Program-made: the position numbers and the translations under genes
The notes under the pieces: generated by a model
Database searches by the model: none
Told to the model about the DNA's origin: nothing
The model's input: the letters and a program-made list of their open reading frames with translations, nothing else
Shown here: one piece after another, positions 60,916-64,000 of the stretch
Layout: each line of letters begins with the position of its first letter
Numbering within the stretch: the first letter of the stretch is position 1
From: Candidatus Woesebacteria bacterium
GTDB lineage: Bacteria; Patescibacteriota; Saccharimonadia; Saccharimonadales; EFPC-124
NCBI GenBank assembly: GCA_050115675.1
Contig: JASFQB010000001.1
Span: 96,616 to 160,615, forward strand
Length of the DNA stretch: 64,000 nucleotides
Direction: 5' to 3'

Positions 60916-61278
60916 ATGATTATCCTTGACTCAAACATCTTTATTTATCTTGCGAGTGGCGTGCTTGATCGAAAGGTTATTAGCGATAAAGAAATTGCAC
61001 ACGCAAGTATTACGAAGATTGAATGCTTGGGCTTTTCGCGCATCCATGCAAACGAGCTTTTGTTACTCGAAGCACTTTTTGGTGAATCGTATGACCTGCC
61101 ACTTACTGTAGGTGTTGTAAGACAGGCAATACAGTTACGCCAAGCCAAAAACATTAGTCTGGGAGATGCCATTATAGCCGCAACTGCACTTGAGCACGGC
61201 TATGAGCTGTGGACGGCAAATATAGATGACTTCGCCCACATTGAAGGTCTGCGCGTCCACAACCCTCTTCAGCGTTAG
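60916..61278 (+). CDS. vapC: PIN-domain ribonuclease toxin (VapC).
   Basis: MIILDSNIFIY (first Asp). Conserved acidic residues in ..ECLGF.., ..DAIIAATA.. and ..NIDDF. Confidence 0.75.
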   Translation: MIILDSNIFIYLASGVLDRKVISDKEIAHASITKIECLGFSRIHANELLLLEALFGESYDLPLTVGVVRQAIQLRQAKNISLGDAIIAATALEHGYELWTANIDDFAHIEGLRVHNPLQR

Positions 61279-61282
61279 TTAC

Positions 61283-61425
61283 CTAAATACCCAATACTTT
61301 CAATCGGAGCTCAAGATATTCCAACTCACCGAAGAGGGTTTCGACCGGCGCCTCCCTTAAGATCACCATAAATTTATTCCATATATAAAAAGAGTTCGAC
61401 AGTTTATTTTGTCGGACTCTTTTTT
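61283..61425 (-). repeat. Repeat copy B with a 28-aa small ORF (MVILREAPVETLFGELEYLELRLKVLGI, 61283..61369) and a terminator-like hairpin (61385-61425).
   Basis: Hairpin aagagttcgaca/tgtcggactctt followed by a T-run. Core identical in pattern to copies A and C. Confidence 0.6.
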
Positions 61426-61471
61426 ACGTGATCACCTCTGATAAGAGGTGTTCGATTCCTCTTAGGCAGCA

Positions 61472-61954
61472 TTATCCGTTTAGGCCTGATTTCTTGATGA
61501 GGTCGGCGTACTCGTCTAGTAAGCCTACTATACCCAATTTCGTGTCTTCACTGAACTCGCCTAATAAAATTAGATCATCGATTATCACAAGTAACTTATC
61601 TTTTGAGACAAGGTTGGCCGCAACCCAAAGTACGATATTCTCCATCTCAACTATAAATTTTGGGACTAAATTATCGTATCCGTTAATAGTGAGAAAGTAG
61701 GCACCTAGCACAATAGCCGTTCGTTTGTTTCCGTCAGTAAAGCAATGGCTTTTTGCTATTGAGTAAACTAAATGAGTTAGCTTGTGGGTCATATCCGGAT
61801 AGTAATCATCTACCCGAATATGCGCGAGCGCGCTTTCTAGCAAATTGCGATGAAGAACGCCGCTCAATACTCCAGTCTTACTTCCTGATATAGTAATAAC
61901 ATTGTCGTAATGCTCATATGCTTGATCGACACCAAAGTAGAGAAATTGTGACAT
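61472..61954 (-). CDS. doc: Doc (death-on-curing) Fic-fold toxin.
   Basis: Fic/Doc motif HCFTDGNKRTA. Confidence 0.8.
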   Translation of the reverse strand: MSQFLYFGVDQAYEHYDNVITISGSKTGVLSGVLHRNLLESALAHIRVDDYYPDMTHKLTHLVYSIAKSHCFTDGNKRTAIVLGAYFLTINGYDNLVPKFIVEMENIVLWVAANLVSKDKLLVIIDDLILLGEFSEDTKLGIVGLLDEYADLIKKSGLNG

Positions 61955-62970
61955 TACTTATCCTTTAGCCTCTTGAATGTTTCCTTGTATTCCTCGATTC
62001 TTTCTGCAAGTTCAGCACTCTTATCCCCTAGGAAGCGTTCGAATTCGGCAGTATTTAGTGGCCCTACATATTCCTTTAGCTCAGGATGCAACACATCGCG
62101 AAACCCATAATCACGACTTGCCATTTTTGTTCGAGCCATTTGTATCTGTGGAACCCATGCGGGGTTGCTCTCGAAATTATTGAATAACTCATCAACTTCC
62201 GTGGGGGATAGCTTCCTCCCTTTCTCTTCGCTCTTTTTTTGCAGTTCATTAGCTAAGCCGGTTTCGTACATTGATATAGTAGTTAAGACTTCTGAATACA
62301 TTGTATTCCGTATGTCTTCTTTTTTAGCAAGATTCAATAACGTTCTATACTCTCTGGCATGTTCTTTAAAGATACTCTTATAAATTTTGTCGGTGTAAAT
62401 CGTATATTTGAAATTGCCCATGTCAACACAGCTGGTTAGGGCATCGATAAATTCTTTTTTATAGTTCTGCCCTGCGAAAAGACTAAGTAAATATGTATCA
62501 TCTCTCTGATTTATGTACTTGGGGCTTCCACCTGCTTTCTTGCCTACGACATCTATAACAATATTTAATATAACCCCTCTAAGGAGGCGCGCTTTGTCGC
62601 TTTCCGTAAGAAGCATGCCTATATTGAGAAAGGCTCGAAAATTCATTATGCCGAGCCGTCTTGTTTTTTTGATACCGACATTCGTGTCGGTATCAAACTC
62701 TTTTTGGTACTCCCTAAGAAGTTCTCCGGTCAAAACTTCATAGCCATTTTGCTTTAATTCATCGGCATAATTGACAAGGTAGCGCTCAATGGTGCGCTGG
62801 TCAACTTCATAAAATTGTGCAACCTGGCGAACTGTAAACTTATACTCTGACCTAAATTTGACACCCGTCAAACCCACTTCCTTCTGAATAGCTTCAAGGG
62901 CGTAAGGATTATTTAGAATATTACGCCTGTCAACTTCTGAATCTGAAAGTAGATTTCCCATATGCTTCAT
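61954..62970 (-). CDS. RhuM-family / DNA-binding protein in the antitoxin position upstream of doc (TAATG overlap).
   Basis: RhuM-like segment LGIMNFRAFLNIGMLLTESDKARLLRGVILNIV. 338 aa, far larger than Phd. Confidence 0.5.
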   Translation of the reverse strand: MKHMGNLLSDSEVDRRNILNNPYALEAIQKEVGLTGVKFRSEYKFTVRQVAQFYEVDQRTIERYLVNYADELKQNGYEVLTGELLREYQKEFDTDTNVGIKKTRRLGIMNFRAFLNIGMLLTESDKARLLRGVILNIVIDVVGKKAGGSPKYINQRDDTYLLSLFAGQNYKKEFIDALTSCVDMGNFKYTIYTDKIYKSIFKEHAREYRTLLNLAKKEDIRNTMYSEVLTTISMYETGLANELQKKSEEKGRKLSPTEVDELFNNFESNPAWVPQIQMARTKMASRDYGFRDVLHPELKEYVGPLNTAEFERFLGDKSAELAERIEEYKETFKRLKDK

Positions 62971-63024
62971 TATACCGCAGAGCAGCTACCAGGACTATCT
63001 GGTTAATAAGCAGGCTAAATGTAG

Positions 63025-63126
63025 TCAATCACGCACCTCATCTAGGCCAAGCATCTTCAACCGTGGCTCAAGATATTCGAGTTCACCAAAGAGGGTTTCG
63101 ACCGGCGTCGTCCTTAAGCTCACCAT
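63025..63126 (-). repeat. Repeat copy C with a 33-aa small ORF (MVSLRTTPVETLFGELEYLEPRLKMLGLDEVRD), directly upstream of the RhuM-Doc operon.
   Basis: Conserved core ggctcaagatattcgagttcaccaaagagggtttcgaccggcg..ccttaagctcaccat. Confidence 0.6.
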
Positions 63127-63437
63127 GCCATTATTGTAACTTCTACTGAAACACTAACAGATGAACAAAAACCTGCACAAATCGTGCGGGTTTTTTGTTG
63201 GTTTGCGCCACCTCTGTTGTGAGTGTTCCAGAATTTATCTTTCGCTTTGGGCTAAGCGCATTTCACTATCAAACACAATAACTCACACCAATGCGGTACT
63301 TAGTTTTGCCTATTCACTTATAATTTTATATTTACCCTTGAACCTCGGGGCAACCTTTGGTAAGCTACGCGGTCAAAACTTCCAAATATGTAAGTAACGG
63401 CAAGCATATCCCATCTACAGAATAGGAAGGAATTGGG

Positions 63438-63896
63438 ATGAACCGTTTCGTGCGCCGGATCGTTACCGGCGCGGCGATGATCGCTACGGCGGTTGTTGGC
63501 GTAGGCCTGCAGGCTACGCCGGCAAATGCGCAGACGCGACCAATCGTCATCACCGACGATGTCAACATCCGACCAAATCCGAATACCGGTCAGGCTCCGC
63601 TCAAGCTCATGCCCAAGGGCTCGCGCCCCACGTACATCTGCTACGTGGACGGGCAAAACGTGGGCGGGACCACCAAGTGGTTCAAGGTCAGTTGGGGAGG
63701 CGTGCAGGGGTACTACTCGTCCATCGCGGACGACGTGCCATTGTCTGCGCAGGGCAACATCCAGGGAAACTACGGTATCCCACGGTGTGGCACCGGCGCG
63801 GACATCAACCAAGGGTCTGGCAGGGACGCGGTGGTCACCGTACAGCCCGAGATGCTCGTGTCCGAACCGTACAACCGCTCGACAACCGCCACCTAG
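63438..63896 (+). CDS. Secreted SH3b-domain protein. After an in-frame TAG (63894-63896) it continues in frame into a CHAP amidase/peptidase motif that runs off the window. High GC (~62%).
   Basis: RBS ggaagga. Signal peptide MNRFVRRIVTGAAMIATAVVGVGLQATPANAQ. SH3b pattern VNIRPNPNTGQ..KWFKVSWGGVQGYYSS. CHAP motif FADCTWFVSQALWAGG downstream of the TAG. Confidence 0.55.
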   Translation: MNRFVRRIVTGAAMIATAVVGVGLQATPANAQTRPIVITDDVNIRPNPNTGQAPLKLMPKGSRPTYICYVDGQNVGGTTKWFKVSWGGVQGYYSSIADDVPLSAQGNIQGNYGIPRCGTGADINQGSGRDAVVTVQPEMLVSEPYNRSTTAT

Positions 63897-64000
63897 GCGT
63901 TCAATCACGCCATGGACGTGCGCGGCAACATGTTTGCCGACTGCACGTGGTTTGTGAGTCAGGCGCTGTGGGCTGGCGGCTTGCACCAGACCAGCATGTG

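Larger units (their letters stand above)
51625..63130. mobile_element. Putative integrative island inserted at tRNA-Glu. The left end lies in the tRNA 3' half; the right end is not identified and may lie beyond 63130 or outside the window.
   Basis: tRNA-adjacent large serine recombinase, Replic_Relax, DGR, IS3, TA modules. GC and codon composition are higher than in the core (~50-60% vs ~42%). Confidence 0.5.

Noticed and set aside
61421-61460. tRNA-like GGTGTTCGATTCC segment after repeat copy B.
   Set aside because: It forms only a simple 7-bp hairpin (cacctct gata agaggtg) with no cloverleaf. It is likely a terminator for doc.
63318-63986. 222-aa minus-strand ORF overlapping the SH3b-CHAP gene.
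   Set aside because: The plus strand has an RBS, a signal peptide and recognisable SH3b and CHAP motifs. The minus-strand product is Arg/Gly/Val-rich with no features.
1-64000. Alternative genetic code / stop-codon reassignment as the explanation for in-frame TAG/TAA codons.
   Set aside because: TAG, TAA and TGA each terminate well-supported genes at natural C-termini, often followed by terminator hairpins (e.g. TAG at 2810-2812, TAG at 26108-26110, TGA at 15291-15293). No suppressor tRNA (CUA/UUA anticodon) was found among the three tRNAs or in a scan for T-arm-like GTTCGA(A/G)TC motifs.
1-64000. CRISPR arrays, rRNA genes, group II introns.
   Set aside because: No regularly spaced short direct repeats were seen. 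No rRNA-like conserved stretches. The RT present has DGR, not group II intron, motifs and lacks flanking intron RNA domains.

Overview
This 64 kb window is from a low-GC (~40-45%) bacterial chromosome. It has a Gram-positive-like or CPR/Saccharibacteria-like character: LPXTG sortase substrates, a Ser/Thr kinase, small genes and many hypotheticals. This taxonomic guess is inference only. Core content includes a split pheA, folD, a trpF-like gene, a DEAD-box helicase, an ABC-2 exporter pair, a D-Ala-D-Ala carboxypeptidase, umuD and umuC, two large sensor histidine kinases (CHASE+PAS; multi-TM+GAF), a CheY-like receiver and three tRNAs (Arg-TCG, Lys-CTT, Glu-TTC). Four accessory regions stand out. 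(1) A modular tail-fibre-like gene (8938-11994) whose N-terminal module is paralogous to the DGR target described below. (2) A high-GC (~58-60%) insertion at 42.9-46.3 kb, lying between two paralogous LPXTG surface-protein genes. (3) A PaaK/CapK-like adenylating enzyme and a ThiF/E1-like gene with overlapping stop/start, next to a split nitroreductase-like gene. (4) A compositionally foreign island that begins inside tRNA-Glu at 51.6 kb and runs to the window end. The island carries a large serine recombinase, a Replic_Relax protein, an apparently complete diversity-generating retroelement (target with C-terminal FGE/CLec-fold VR, RT, TR, Avd), an XRE regulator, an IS3-family transposase, a PLD/HKD nuclease, VapBC, RhuM-Doc, three copies of a previously unrecognised ~90-135 bp repeat encoding a conserved ~30-aa ORF, and a high-GC SH3b-CHAP hydrolase gene. 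The most unusual system is the DGR: its RT is frame-disrupted at a (TC)4 dinucleotide tract where gain of one TC unit would restore the frame, suggesting a phase-variable on/off switch. In-frame stops recur at domain junctions in four genes (pheA, tail fibre, IS3 OrfA/OrfB, SH3b-CHAP). No CRISPR array or rRNA gene was seen.
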